NCBI GenBank assembly: GCA_965217115.1
Contig: OZ244239.1
Span: 1,664,001 to 1,728,000, forward strand
Direction of reading: 5' to 3'
DNA length: 64,000 nucleotides
DNA from: Bdellovibrionales bacterium
GTDB taxonomy: Bacteria > Bdellovibrionota > Bdellovibrionia > Bdellovibrionales > CAYMLA01
In this document: positions 17,337-27,945 of the stretch, piece after piece
How positions within the stretch are numbered: position 1 is the first letter of the stretch
How the letters are laid out: each line of letters starts with the position of its first letter
The notes under the pieces: generated by a model
What the model saw: only the letters and a program-made list of their open reading frames with translations
Told to the model about the DNA's origin: nothing
Databases searched by the model: none
Translations under genes and position numbers: made by a program

Positions 17337-17990
17337 TTAAAAGTAGCCACCGTCATCTCCGCCGTCATCATCGCTTATATCTTTAAAGGGGTTGTCTGAA
17401 GGGTCATCAAAGGTGTCTTCAGATTCAGGATCGTCTTCCCAGTCATTGGAGGTTTCAATAGAGGAAGAGAGATCGTCAGGCTCTGTAGATTCATCATCGT
17501 TTGCTATTTTTTTGTCTCTAGGGTCTTTTGCGATAAAAGGGTTGCCTGATGTAGACAAAGGAGTGTCGTCTGTATCGTTAGCGATGTCCTCAAAAGAACG
17601 GACTTTAGGTTTCCTTGTTTTCCCGGCACTCGTGGGTCGTCGGTTTGTTGATTTATATTGGGCAGTTTCTTTTTCAGAAGGAATAATAACCTCATCACCA
17701 ATATTAGGGGAGAGTGGAGCATTGGCCATTGTTTTTTTCTGAGGGGCTTTTTTTCGAGGTGTTTTCTTTTTAGTGACTTTCTTTTTAGTGGCCTTCTTTT
17801 TAGTCACTTTCTTTTTAGTGACCTTCTTTTTAGTGGCCTTCTTTTTAGTGACTTTCTTTTTAGTGGCCTTCTTTTTAGTGACTTTCTTTTTAGTGGCCTT
17901 CTTTTTAGTGACTTTCTTTTTAGTGGCCTTCTTTTTTTTGGCTAAACCTTTTTGAGTGATTTTTTTTTTAGTTGTTTTTTTCTTAGCCAT
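17337..17990 (-). CDS. Histone H1-like Lys-rich repeat protein with acidic C-terminal tail
   Basis: Alternating KKKAT/KKKVT pentapeptides (15-bp DNA repeats) then a D/E-rich tail; AGAGG RBS. Confidence 0.8.
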   Translation of the reverse strand: MAKKKTTKKKITQKGLAKKKKATKKKVTKKKATKKKVTKKKATKKKVTKKKATKKKVTKKKVTKKKATKKKVTKKKTPRKKAPQKKTMANAPLSPNIGDEVIIPSEKETAQYKSTNRRPTSAGKTRKPKVRSFEDIANDTDDTPLSTSGNPFIAKDPRDKKIANDDESTEPDDLSSSIETSNDWEDDPESEDTFDDPSDNPFKDISDDDGGDDGGYF

Positions 17991-18095
17991 AATAACCTCT
18001 TGAAAAATGATTATGTTGTTTTAACCTATCTCTTACTTGAGTTCAAGTTGAGAAGGTCGAGATTTACCATAGATAATTTGAGTGAATCAAGAGGG

Positions 18096-18812
18096 TTATA
18101 AATTTTTAAGAATTTGAGCGATTTCACTGGCATTGAGTGTCATAGAGATAAAAAAACCTCCACGGGAGGAATTCTTTTCTGGAATATAGGCATATTTTCC
18201 TATGACTTGGTTGTCTTTTCGCTTTATAGAGAGCTCTTGATAATAATAGGGGTCAAGAGGGGTTTCTATATATAGGGCTAAAGCTCCATTGCCTTTGTAT
18301 GTGTGGATTGTGGCGTATGAGTCAATGTTTATCTCTTCATGTGTGAGGGTTTTTCCTGAGAGACCTGGCAGAGAGTCTCCGTTTGGTAGAGTTGAGGAAG
18401 TTTGCCCTGTTGGAGGTTTGGCAATGGAGGAGAGGGAAGTGTTTAGCATTAAACCCGAGAGACCGTCGGTCCTTGTCATTGCTCTCAGCGTTGTGCTGCT
18501 ATCAAGGTCTTTTGAGAAAGATAAAATATCGGTGTAGCTAGTTAAGGGCAGAAACAGGTTAAGATAAGGAGTGTCAGATGAAAGAGAGATAACTTGTGAG
18601 CCATCAAAAAACCCGCCAGCCACAGTAGAGTCGATTTTGAGATCTCTCCATGACCAAAGTCCAGGTTGGTTTTTACCCCCTCCTTGGGAGCAGGTCTGCT
18701 TCGTGCAATAAGTTGGAATGGAGAGGTCTTCTTGGAGGCCTTGTCCACAACCACTAAAAAATAAACTAGAGAGCACTAAAAAGAAAGATAAAGAAATCGT
18801 GTTTTTATTCAT
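18096..18812 (-). CDS. Hypothetical lipoprotein
   Basis: Lipobox FFSGC; GGAG RBS before ATG at 18812. Confidence 0.75.
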   Translation of the reverse strand: MNKNTISLSFFLVLSSLFFSGCGQGLQEDLSIPTYCTKQTCSQGGGKNQPGLWSWRDLKIDSTVAGGFFDGSQVISLSSDTPYLNLFLPLTSYTDILSFSKDLDSSTTLRAMTRTDGLSGLMLNTSLSSIAKPPTGQTSSTLPNGDSLPGLSGKTLTHEEINIDSYATIHTYKGNGALALYIETPLDPYYYQELSIKRKDNQVIGKYAYIPEKNSSRGGFFISMTLNASEIAQILKNL

Positions 18813-18840
18813 AATAGCAATCTCCATCGAAGTTAAAAGC

Positions 18841-18868
18841 TTATCGTCTTAAAATCAGGTTAGCTTGA
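18841..18868 (-). promoter_or_regulatory. Putative sigma28 (FliA) promoter
   Basis: Minus strand TCAAG-N15-GACGATAA about 30 bp upstream of the lipoprotein start. Confidence 0.5.
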
Positions 18869-19041
18869 TCTATAAGGCATATAAATAACTAAGAAAAGTG
18901 TAGAGAAGTTTGTCAAAAAAAAAGGGTTTTAATAAGTATTAATTTTTTTGTAAAAATTATCTTCATATTTTATAAGATATCCCCTTTAAGTGAGGAAACT
19001 GTTTAGCAACGCTCGCTACATAAGAAGTGATGGGAGGTTTG

Positions 19042-20181
19042 TTAAGAGAAGACTTTGCTCAATGTAATACCAAATGATTCTACGGACTGTAGTTCGGTGA
19101 CTTCTTTGATTTGTCGTTTTCCATGGCTGTTTTTTTCGACGACAATAATAAAATCTATTGTTGATTGAATAAGATTTCGAATGGAGCTGAGACTCCATTG
19201 AGGGGCTCCGAGTTGAATGAGCATCTCTAAGCGAGTGATAGCTTCTTGAGTATTGCGAGCATGGAGCGTTCCTGCGCATCCACGATGTCCCGTGGCCATG
19301 GCAAGCAGGAGATCCTTAGCTTCGTCACCACGAATTTCCCCGATAATGAGTCGATCAGGGCGCATTCTTAGGGATTGTTTGACGAGATCAGAGAGATGAA
19401 TGTCTTTTAGTAAATCGTTAGGATCAAAACGAGTCATTAAACGAACACTGGATGTATTTGGAGGAACTAATTCAGCTGTATCTTCTAAAATAATACAGCG
19501 CTCATTTTTTGGAAGTTCTTGGAGGAAGGCGTTCAGAACAGATGTTTTGCCACTGCTCGTTGGGCCTACAATAAGAAAGTTTTTCTTTTCTTTTAATGCT
19601 TGATAAATAAATCCAAAAGCTGCGTTGCTGGCCCATTGACACTCGTTTAGTTTTTTCAGAGTCCATGGGCTGTTTGGGTGGCGACGGAGGCTGATAATGG
19701 GCCCATTTTCAGATACGGGATTTGTAATAATGTGAACACGAAAATTTTTCCATTTTCCATTAGCAAAAGGTGTTGAAATGTTAACGTGTGTATTGCTCTG
19801 TTCACAAAACATGAGGAACCATCTGTGAAAAGTCTCTTTTGAGAGAAAGGCGTTTTTCTGTCTCTCAAGTGAGCCGTCTCTGTCTATCCAAATTTCTTGA
19901 TCACTGTTAATGATGATCTCCTTAAGAGTCTCATCGTTTAGAAGTTGATTGAGAGGACCATGTTGAAAGAATTCATTTTCTAATCGCTCCCGATCATTCT
20001 TCTCATATAAAGCAAGGTGTTTATTGATAATATCTTTAATAGGCTCAGGAGATGAATGGGAAGACAGAGCGTCTGGACTTAAACTGCCAGAGACATGGAT
20101 GTCTTTGTGTATAGAGTCAACAGTTTGCATGAGTGTCTCTTTGTCCATGGGGTCCTTTTTAAGTGGAGAGTTTTTTTGCAT
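19042..20181 (-). CDS. cpaF: Tad/Flp pilus assembly ATPase CpaF/TadA
   Basis: GPTSSGKT Walker A, LEDTAEL, SLRMRPDRLIIGEIRG, TGHRG..TLHA. Confidence 0.9.
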   Translation of the reverse strand: MQKNSPLKKDPMDKETLMQTVDSIHKDIHVSGSLSPDALSSHSSPEPIKDIINKHLALYEKNDRERLENEFFQHGPLNQLLNDETLKEIIINSDQEIWIDRDGSLERQKNAFLSKETFHRWFLMFCEQSNTHVNISTPFANGKWKNFRVHIITNPVSENGPIISLRRHPNSPWTLKKLNECQWASNAAFGFIYQALKEKKNFLIVGPTSSGKTSVLNAFLQELPKNERCIILEDTAELVPPNTSSVRLMTRFDPNDLLKDIHLSDLVKQSLRMRPDRLIIGEIRGDEAKDLLLAMATGHRGCAGTLHARNTQEAITRLEMLIQLGAPQWSLSSIRNLIQSTIDFIIVVEKNSHGKRQIKEVTELQSVESFGITLSKVFS

Positions 20182-20184
20182 TTG

Positions 20185-21609
20185 TTACTTCTCAGAGAGG
20201 AATTTTTTTATAATAGGATTGATGTACTTTATATTTTTTATTTCTTCGCGTAAGCCGTGTCGTTTTTTTCGTGTAGAGATCATTTTAGGTGTGACAAAAA
20301 TGACGAGTTCCGTTTTATCCATAAGAAAATTACGACTAGAGAATAGGCGTCCAATGATTGGGAGTCTCGAAATAAAAGGAAACCCCTCAGCAGCTTTGCC
20401 TTGATTCTGCTGAACAAGGCCCGACAGAACAATAGTTTGTGATTCAGAGAGATTAAAGTGACTCTTGATGCGATTCGTATTGAGAGCAGGCAGGCCATTG
20501 GCAGAATGGCCCATGTCGAGAGAGGAAACTTCAGTTTCAATGCCGATACTCATTTGTCCACGAAGATCGGCTTTGGGAGATATCTTAAGAAGGACTCCAT
20601 ACTTTTTCCATACGACATGCTGTTTCCCTTTGTTTATGATCTGTATGGGTATTTCTCCTCCAGCAAGAAAGCTAGCTGACTTACCGCTTTGGCAAACAAG
20701 GGTTGGCGTTGCAAGGATTCGATTTTTTCCATTTCTCTCTAGCGCATGAAGCGAAGCGATGAGGTCTTGTGATGAATAGGACGGTGATAGAATATTGGTT
20801 TTATAGAAAGAGTTCCATTGAACACCTAGACTTTGAACTTCAGAACGCTTCATCTCAGCGACAGTTATTTGAACTCTAACCATGGGCGCACTGGCGAGAA
20901 TATAGGGGGAGAGTTTGATGTTGATTCCGTAGGGGGAAGAGATATATGTGTAGGAATTTTTTATTTTTTTTAATGACTGGGGCATCTGAAAATGCAAATG
21001 AGGAAAAAATTGTAGATTTAAAGGCTGTAGGTTATTTTTTGAAAAAAGTTGATTGAAATGCTGATGAATCTCTTCTCTAAGATATTCAGAGATATTAGCT
21101 TTAAATTTAAAATTAGATGTGGAATCCATACCTTGAGCAATGATAAGCCAATCTTTCAAGCGCAGGAGTTTTCCTCGAAGGGAGATTTGATGATTTTCGT
21201 CAACATCGATTCGTAGGCCTTTCATGGAGTCAGTGAGGTGAAGAAGCTTTTTGTAGGTTTTATAATTTTTTTTTGAAATAACAAAGAGTGTCTTTGATTG
21301 ATTAGATATTTTAATAAAAGCTGTCCCGATTTTGTAAGCGGTGAGTTGTATTTGTGAATGAAGATCTTTTATTTTAGCGATATGTCCGTTGCTGAGCCAG
21401 ATATGATCATCGGCTTTTATGGGTAAAAGGATTCTTTGACCAATAGCAAGCACGAGGCTGTCTGAGTCTTTTGCTGAAGCCCTTGAATTTGCAAGAATAC
21501 GATTTGAATGGAAAAGAAAAGAGAAAAAAATAAATAATAATAAATGGCGGGAGAGATATCTGGAAAAAAAGTTGAGACAAGGCATGGGGGTTATCTTTGC
21601 AACTCCCAC
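20185..21609 (-). CDS. cpaC: Tad secretin CpaC/RcpA family
   Basis: SGKSASFLAGGEIP, KKYGVLLKISP, PIIGRLFSS..TELVIFVTP; exact start uncertain. Confidence 0.85.
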   Translation of the reverse strand: MGVAKITPMPCLNFFSRYLSRHLLLFIFFSFLFHSNRILANSRASAKDSDSLVLAIGQRILLPIKADDHIWLSNGHIAKIKDLHSQIQLTAYKIGTAFIKISNQSKTLFVISKKNYKTYKKLLHLTDSMKGLRIDVDENHQISLRGKLLRLKDWLIIAQGMDSTSNFKFKANISEYLREEIHQHFNQLFSKNNLQPLNLQFFPHLHFQMPQSLKKIKNSYTYISSPYGINIKLSPYILASAPMVRVQITVAEMKRSEVQSLGVQWNSFYKTNILSPSYSSQDLIASLHALERNGKNRILATPTLVCQSGKSASFLAGGEIPIQIINKGKQHVVWKKYGVLLKISPKADLRGQMSIGIETEVSSLDMGHSANGLPALNTNRIKSHFNLSESQTIVLSGLVQQNQGKAAEGFPFISRLPIIGRLFSSRNFLMDKTELVIFVTPKMISTRKKRHGLREEIKNIKYINPIIKKFLSEK

Positions 21610-21940
21610 GACGCTGGAAATAGCTGTTATTTGTTTTTAGATGAATAAATTTGTCCGTTAGTTCAAGTTTCGGATAACAGGGAGGCTGTTTTAAATAGAG
21701 GGAGGGGAACTGCTTAAAAAATAAGCACAACGCTGGTGTTTAACTCCCTATAACCTCCCTTTAATTCAATTTAAATTTAGAGCCACAGGGGCTAGTAAGT
21801 ATTTAGAATCTTTATTTGAATTAAGGAATTGACATCAGATGTTGAATGGGTGATTCAAAGTACAGTGTTCATGAAATGAATGTGACGAGGCGTTTTTCTA
21901 CTGATTATTTATCAGTGTTCAAAAAAAGGAGAGATGGAAA

Positions 21941-23974
21941 ATGAAGATGGAAATGATGGCCCCAATAGCGGGTATTCTGGGATTGTTAATTGCGGCAATT
22001 ATTTACAGGAACGTTGTGGGCAAACCAGCAGGGAACGAAAAAATGCAAGCCATTGGCGATGAAATTTACCTTGGAGCAATGACTTTTCTAAAAGCTGAGT
22101 ACAGTAAATTAGTGATCTTTGTTGCTATTGTGGCTGGGTTGCTTTTATGGCAATTTGATATGGCAACGGGTTTGTCATTTATTTGTGGAGCTTTAGCATC
22201 AGGTCTGGCTGGTTACATAGGTATGAAAGCGGCAACTAAGAGTAATGTAAGAACAGCCGCAGCGGCTAAAGACAGCGGAGTGGCTTCGGCACTTCTTGTT
22301 GCCTTCAATGGTGGGGCTGTGATGGGACTTTCCGTCGCGAGTTTAGGTCTCTTGGGCTTAGGGACTCTTTATTATCTTTTTGCTGACATGATGATTCAAG
22401 ATACAGAACGGGTTTTCATTCTCAGTGGTTTTTCCATGGGTGCTTCTTCGATTGCTCTTTTCGCTCGTATTGGTGGAGGAATATTCACTAAGGCAGCCGA
22501 TGTCGGTTCCGATCTTGTTGGAAAAGTAGAAGCCGGTATTCCTGAAGATGATCCTCGGAACCCTGGTGTGATTGCCGATAATGTAGGTGACAACGTGGGT
22601 GATGTAGCAGGTATGGGTGCTGATATCTTTGAATCCTACGTCGGAGCTATGGTAGCGGCAATCACAATTGCTGTGACGATGGGTGCAGGGCAGATCACAA
22701 ATTTGTTTGGTGGGGGAGTTTCGGTACAGATGTTGGTGATCTTGCCGTTGATGTTAGCTGTTTTAGGTTTAGCCGCTTCTGTTTTTGGCATTTTTGGGAT
22801 GAATTTTTTTAAAAATCTGGCTCCAGCGAAGGCCTTGGCTGTTTCTGAATTCTCGGCGGCAGCATTGTTTTTGTTGGCAGCGGCGTGGTTTTTATCCGCC
22901 TTTGGTTACGGTTTTTCCCTGTTTTGGGCGATTTTAGCTGGAAGCGCATGTGGAGTTCTTATTGGTAAGGCAACAGAGTACTACACGTCCTCTAAGCCTG
23001 TTTTTAAAATTGTCGAAGCTTCTAAGACAGGACCAGCAACAAATATCATTGCGGGTATATCTGTCGGATTAGAATCCTGTGCAATTCCTCTTTTTCTTAT
23101 TGTTGTCGCGATTTATTTTTCCCATCACTTCGCAGGTCTCTACGGAATTGCTATGGCGGCGGTCGGGATGTTAGCCACAGTGGGTGTGACGATGACGATT
23201 GATGCCTACGGCCCAGTGGCGGATAATGCTGGGGGGATTTCTGAAATGTCTGGTTTAGGCCCTGAGGTTCGTAAAATCACTGATGGCTTAGATGCAATTG
23301 GTAATACTACGGCGGCCATGGGTAAAGGTTTTGCCATCGGTTCAGCGGCATTGACAGCTCTTGCGCTTTTTGTGGCTTACAAACAAGCGGTGATTGTTGG
23401 AGGATCTGACATATCTATGGATATTACTCAGCCTGATGTGGTTATGGGTATGTTTTTAGGAGCAATGGTTGTTCTTTTTGCGGCGGCTTTGACGATGACT
23501 TCTGTCGGTAAAGCAGCCTCTGAGATGGTGACTGAAATACGTCGTCAATTTAAAGAGATTCCTGGATTACTAGAGGGAACTGGAAAACCAGATACCGCTC
23601 GTTGTGTAAAAATATCTACGGATGCAGCCTTGCGTGAAATGGTTTTACCAGGTGTGATTGCAGTGATTTCTCCAGTGATAGTTGGTTTTCTTCTTGGGCC
23701 AGCGGCTTTGGGAGGAATGTTGGCAGGTTCATTGGTGACAGGTGTGACATTGGCTCTCTTGATGTCTAATGCAGGGGGAGCTTGGGATAATGCTAAGAAG
23801 TTTGTCGAGAAAGGCGATATTCCTGGTGAGAAGAAAGGAACCCCAGTTCATGACGCTACTGTTATTGGTGATACAGTGGGAGATCCATTTAAAGATACGA
23901 CAGGCCCTGCTATGAATATTCTAATTAAACTAATGTCTATTGTGGCATTGATTTTAGCTCCGTTAATTATTTAG
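21941..23974 (+). CDS. hppA: Membrane-bound ion-translocating pyrophosphatase, K+-dependent type
   Basis: [55 protein letters not shown]. Confidence 0.95.
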   Translation: MKMEMMAPIAGILGLLIAAIIYRNVVGKPAGNEKMQAIGDEIYLGAMTFLKAEYSKLVIFVAIVAGLLLWQFDMATGLSFICGALASGLAGYIGMKAATKSNVRTAAAAKDSGVASALLVAFNGGAVMGLSVASLGLLGLGTLYYLFADMMIQDTERVFILSGFSMGASSIALFARIGGGIFTKAADVGSDLVGKVEAGIPEDDPRNPGVIADNVGDNVGDVAGMGADIFESYVGAMVAAITIAVTMGAGQITNLFGGGVSVQMLVILPLMLAVLGLAASVFGIFGMNFFKNLAPAKALAVSEFSAAALFLLAAAWFLSAFGYGFSLFWAILAGSACGVLIGKATEYYTSSKPVFKIVEASKTGPATNIIAGISVGLESCAIPLFLIVVAIYFSHHFAGLYGIAMAAVGMLATVGVTMTIDAYGPVADNAGGISEMSGLGPEVRKITDGLDAIGNTTAAMGKGFAIGSAALTALALFVAYKQAVIVGGSDISMDITQPDVVMGMFLGAMVVLFAAALTMTSVGKAASEMVTEIRRQFKEIPGLLEGTGKPDTARCVKISTDAALREMVLPGVIAVISPVIVGFLLGPAALGGMLAGSLVTGVTLALLMSNAGGAWDNAKKFVEKGDIPGEKKGTPVHDATVIGDTVGDPFKDTTGPAMNILIKLMSIVALILAPLII

Positions 23975-23998
23975 TTAGGATTTTTTTTTAGAAAAAAC

Positions 23999-24031
23999 AA
24001 AAAAGCTCGGTTTGTACCTGGGCTTTTTTTG
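23999..24031 (+). terminator. Rho-independent terminator
   Basis: AAAAAAGCTCGG-loop-CTGGGCTTTTTTT after hppA. Confidence 0.75.
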
Positions 24032-24145
24032 TTAGTGACCAATTAAAAAAAAATCTTCAAAGAACACGCTTAAATATTTATTGTTATTATTTAGTTAGGA
24101 AGAGCCGATCACTTATTGAGATGATGTTTATCAAGGGAATGACGA

Positions 24146-25174
24146 ATGCATCGCAGTGATAAAAACTATCTTTTAAATCAAGACAAATGCTGTGGAGAAA
24201 TTCAAAAAGGAAGGTTTTTTTTTCAAAACCTACAAACAGAGCATGTAGGAATGATGATTTCTGACGACTTTCCAGCGTCATTTACCCACGTAAAAACAAA
24301 TAAAAAAATATGCTCATTTGGAAACAGAGGATTTATTGCTTTTGAGGATTTTTTTAATACTTGGGTTGTTGCAGGGGAACCGATCTCTTTGAAAGAGGAC
24401 ATAAGTAAAGAGTGGTTGTTGAGAGCTTTCAGTAAAAAGGCACATTCTCTTGGCAAGAGGGTCTGTGGTTACTATACGACAAGAAAAATAGCAGATGATG
24501 AGTTCTCCTATTTTCGTATTGGAGTTTCTAATGTTGTTGATATTCCGAAATTTAATTTAGAAGGGAAGAAATTTGTTGAAGTTCGTCGAGCATTGAACCA
24601 AGGTAAGAAAAGTCGGTTAAGCTTTTTAGAAATAGCACATAAAGAAAAAGACAAATGGATCAGGGAAATATCTAGGCATTATAAAGACTGGTTATCAAGT
24701 AAGAAACAACCCGAGGTGAAGTTTCTACTCTCTCGGCCACAAAATATTTTCCCCTATTCAGAAAAAGAAAGATGGTTTGTGGTAATGAGAGATGGAGCTA
24801 TTCACGCTTTTGCTTCACTGCTTCCTTGTGGGACGAAGTCTTGGTATTTAGACTCATCGATACAATGTATTAAGAGTCATAAGTTTGCTTTAGATTTTTT
24901 ACTGACAGAAGTCTGTTTACTTTTAAAATCAGAAAGAGAGAGTAGATTCTATATGGGTCTGAATGCTTTCTGTATTAAGAATCCAAAGAATCGGATTGAA
25001 AAAGTGGTCTTGTTTGGTAAAAAATTTTATTGGCCCTATCGGTCATCAGGACTTTATTTTTTCAAATCTAAATTCACAGGACGTGAAGAAGAACGTTTTT
25101 TCTTTATAGAAAAAGGGAAAAATTTTTTCCTACAGATGCTTGCAATGTTTTGGGTGACTTTCATAGGTTCTTGA
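24146..25174 (+). CDS. Stand-alone MprF-like aminoacyl-phosphatidylglycerol synthase domain (DUF2156)
   Basis: WVVAGEPI, FNLEGKKFVEVRRALN, GLYFFKSKF motifs; no TM flippase domain. Confidence 0.75.
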   Translation: MHRSDKNYLLNQDKCCGEIQKGRFFFQNLQTEHVGMMISDDFPASFTHVKTNKKICSFGNRGFIAFEDFFNTWVVAGEPISLKEDISKEWLLRAFSKKAHSLGKRVCGYYTTRKIADDEFSYFRIGVSNVVDIPKFNLEGKKFVEVRRALNQGKKSRLSFLEIAHKEKDKWIREISRHYKDWLSSKKQPEVKFLLSRPQNIFPYSEKERWFVVMRDGAIHAFASLLPCGTKSWYLDSSIQCIKSHKFALDFLLTEVCLLLKSERESRFYMGLNAFCIKNPKNRIEKVVLFGKKFYWPYRSSGLYFFKSKFTGREEERFFFIEKGKNFFLQMLAMFWVTFIGS

Positions 25175-25190
25175 AGTGGGAGTGTGCTCA

Positions 25191-26237
25191 CTACTTTTTT
25201 AAGAGTTGGTTTAAGAGTCGGCGCATTTTTGTTAAGTGTCGTAAATTCTGTTTAGTTCTTAGGTAATCCTTAATAGGCTCTAAGGGATCGCCACCATAAG
25301 TTCCAGGTTCCGTGATATTCTTTAGAACAACTGACAAGGCTGCTAATTGGACATTGTCGCAGATTTCTACGTGGTCTGTGATGCTGGTTTTTCCCCCAGC
25401 GACAAAGTGATTTCCAATTTTAGAGGAGCCAGCAATGGCAAAGCCTGCAGTGATGAGACAGTGTTTGCCTATTTGGCAGTTATGGGCGATGTGGCAATGA
25501 TTGTCTATTTTTGTTCCCTCTCCAATAACCGTTTCGTTAAATGTCGCACGATCTATGGCGCATAGAGCCCCAATTTCAACGTGATCCTCCATGCGAACGA
25601 TACCTAGTTGGGGGATTTTATGGGATTTTCCTTGGGAATCTTGTGCGAACCCATAACCATCAGAACCTATGACCGCATGGCTTTGGATAAAACAGTGCTG
25701 CCCTATGATGCAATGGTGACCAATGACGGCATGGGCGGCGATGGATGTTCCAACGCCTATTTGTGCGTGATCTTCAATGACGGCATTGGCATGGATAGAG
25801 GTGTTCTCCCCCAACTGCACTTGGGTGCCAATGGCTGCTCCTGGGCCAATATAGATATTTTGAGGTAAAGTAACGTTGGGGCCTATAGTGGCCGTTGAAG
25901 AGATGACTTGAGACGTGGGTTGATCGGGGGTGAAGTATTGGCTATTGATCTTAGCCATGGCCATTTGCAGATGGGAAGTTTGTAACAGGCAAGCGGAGTG
26001 TTTTTTGAGATGGTTCACATCTATGGTGCCTGAAAAAATAATAATGCCCGCTTGGGCTGAAATGGCGTTCTCTATCTGCTCTAAAGAAGAGGCGTAACAG
26101 AGACAGGAAACAGAGGGTTGAGAGACAGAGCTAACACTAAGCACTTGATTTTCTTGGTCTCCACAGATGTATGTGAGAAGTTTGGGAAAGTCTTTGAGTA
26201 TCTGTCGGCCGTTGAGGGCGATCATTTTCTTCTCCAT
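25191..26237 (-). CDS. lpxD: UDP-3-O-(3-hydroxyacyl)glucosamine N-acyltransferase
   Basis: Hexapeptide repeats, [30 protein letters not shown]. Confidence 0.95.
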   Translation of the reverse strand: MEKKMIALNGRQILKDFPKLLTYICGDQENQVLSVSSVSQPSVSCLCYASSLEQIENAISAQAGIIIFSGTIDVNHLKKHSACLLQTSHLQMAMAKINSQYFTPDQPTSQVISSTATIGPNVTLPQNIYIGPGAAIGTQVQLGENTSIHANAVIEDHAQIGVGTSIAAHAVIGHHCIIGQHCFIQSHAVIGSDGYGFAQDSQGKSHKIPQLGIVRMEDHVEIGALCAIDRATFNETVIGEGTKIDNHCHIAHNCQIGKHCLITAGFAIAGSSKIGNHFVAGGKTSITDHVEICDNVQLAALSVVLKNITEPGTYGGDPLEPIKDYLRTKQNLRHLTKMRRLLNQLLKK

Positions 26238-26448
26238 TTTTTATTCATAAAATGAGGATTGTTTTTGTTAATTTTACAAATTTTGGGGACAAAACCTTTT
26301 TAGTTTTAGTTCTTACTGGACAATAGAGCTTAACTTATTGTAATGTCCAGAGAAATTCGAGATTAGAAGACTTTGATGACCGATGGACCCTCTTTTTGCT
26401 GGTCCCTTTGCTGTGAAACTGCAGAAAGTCTTTTTTAAGGAGGCCAGT

Positions 26449-26940
26449 TTGGCGAAAAAAAAGAAGGCTGTGACCAAGAAGAAAGCGACTAAGAAGGCTG
26501 TGACCAAGAAAAAAGCGACTAAGAAGGCTGTGACCAAGAAGAAAGCGACCAAGAAGGCTGTGACCAAGAAGAAAACAGTCAAAAAAGCATCCGTATCTGC
26601 TAAGAAAATGTCTGAGAAGACAGATGTAAAAACACTTGAGATCCAGCCTAAAATCCTTCAAAGAAAGGCAAGGAAGGATCCACTTTTGATAAAAAAGCTC
26701 ACTCGTGCTGAAGAGAAGGCTTTATTAGAGGCCTCTGAGATGACACGTAAATGGCTTGCACTTTATCGTCGATCTTCAAATACCGATGCTCCTAATTACT
26801 CTATGGGAGAAAAATATGGGGTGTCAGGCCCCATAGAGCATAAAACCCTTGGTTGGGGGTACATCTTGTCAAACGTGAACGATCGTTTAGAAATTATCTT
26901 CAAAAAAGGGGTTAAGACTCTGATTTCTAATTATGATTAG
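26449..26940 (+). CDS. Lys-rich histone-like repeat protein with a small globular C-terminal domain
   Basis: TTG start after AAGGAGG; KKAVT/KKKAT repeats; C-terminal YSMGEKY...IEHKTLGWGYI...RLEIIFKKGVKTLISNY. Confidence 0.75.
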   Translation: MAKKKKAVTKKKATKKAVTKKKATKKAVTKKKATKKAVTKKKTVKKASVSAKKMSEKTDVKTLEIQPKILQRKARKDPLLIKKLTRAEEKALLEASEMTRKWLALYRRSSNTDAPNYSMGEKYGVSGPIEHKTLGWGYILSNVNDRLEIIFKKGVKTLISNYD

Positions 26941-27156
26941 GTCTCTTTTGAAAAAAATAAGTGCTTAAAAATCAGGCAAGTCCTAGAGAGCATCTGCTTA
27001 GGTCCAATAAAACTGCCTTTTCCTGGACTTAAATCTTAAATAAAATGAAAAAAAATTGATTATTAGTGTCAAATATTCTTAGGCTATTTATGTGGCTTCT
27101 TGGTGGGTCGTTTTTTGTGACATGGAAGTCATTGGTTGTATTGCTAGAGGGGATAT

Positions 27157-27585
27157 ATGACATCAGATGGACGATTTACCGAATCCAGGTTTTTTTCGCC
27201 GATTTTTAACTCGGCTATTTTTGATGGCCCTATTCGTATTTACTTTGCGCAGCCCCAGGAGCCGTTGGCTCTGGGGCTTCATTTTGAAATTCATGAAAAG
27301 AATCGAAAACTCTTGGAGAGAGCAAAGAGCTGCGCCCGTGTTTGGGATGCGATGATCTGCATCATGCTCTATCCCGATACAGAGATGTTTGAGAAATCTT
27401 TTACAGCTAAAAACCAGAAAGAGATGTTTATTGCGACTGAAGCAATTGGAGAAGATCACATCATAGGGATTAGGGTTGAGCATGGGCAACAGACTTTTTC
27501 TGGAATAGTGTCTTTGATTGAAGACATTATAGAACACTGGGAAGACAAGGTAGTTAATGATGTTTCTGCCGTAAGAGTCTTTTAA
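27157..27585 (+). CDS. Hypothetical protein
   Basis: 142-aa ORF with GAGGGG RBS. Confidence 0.7.
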   Translation: MTSDGRFTESRFFSPIFNSAIFDGPIRIYFAQPQEPLALGLHFEIHEKNRKLLERAKSCARVWDAMICIMLYPDTEMFEKSFTAKNQKEMFIATEAIGEDHIIGIRVEHGQQTFSGIVSLIEDIIEHWEDKVVNDVSAVRVF

Positions 27586-27733
27586 TAAGAGAAATTTTCT
27601 TTGTTCCACTCCAATTAATAGCTCCTTGTATTTTGAGTATCATATCTCCTGAATCGTTTAATAAGACTAAAGCTTGTTTCTTATTTCGATGATTTTAAAA
27701 AAATAAGCTGAAGTAAATTAGAGAGGACTTGAT

Positions 27734-27925
27734 ATGAAGAGAGAGATGCTAAAATCATCATCAGGTCAGATCGTTGTTGAATATGTTTTACTTATTGTCG
27801 TGGTTGTGATGCTGGCAACTCTTATTAGTAGTCAATTAGTGAATCGTAATAGTGAAAACCCAGGTTATTTAATAATGAAGTGGCAACAAATTTTACAAAC
27901 AATTGGTTCTGATCAATCTGATTAG
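27734..27925 (+). CDS. Small Flp/TadE-like prepilin
   Basis: G|QIVVEY class III signal with Glu at +5 and Tyr at +6, then a hydrophobic helix; GAGGA RBS. Confidence 0.75.
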   Translation: MKREMLKSSSGQIVVEYVLLIVVVVMLATLISSQLVNRNSENPGYLIMKWQQILQTIGSDQSD

Positions 27926-27945
27926 TCCCATATAGCGATCGCCCC

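Noticed and set aside
17392..17955. Phe/Leu-rich antisense ORFs (also at 26313-26661)
   Set aside because: Shadows of the Lys-rich repeat genes on the opposite strand.
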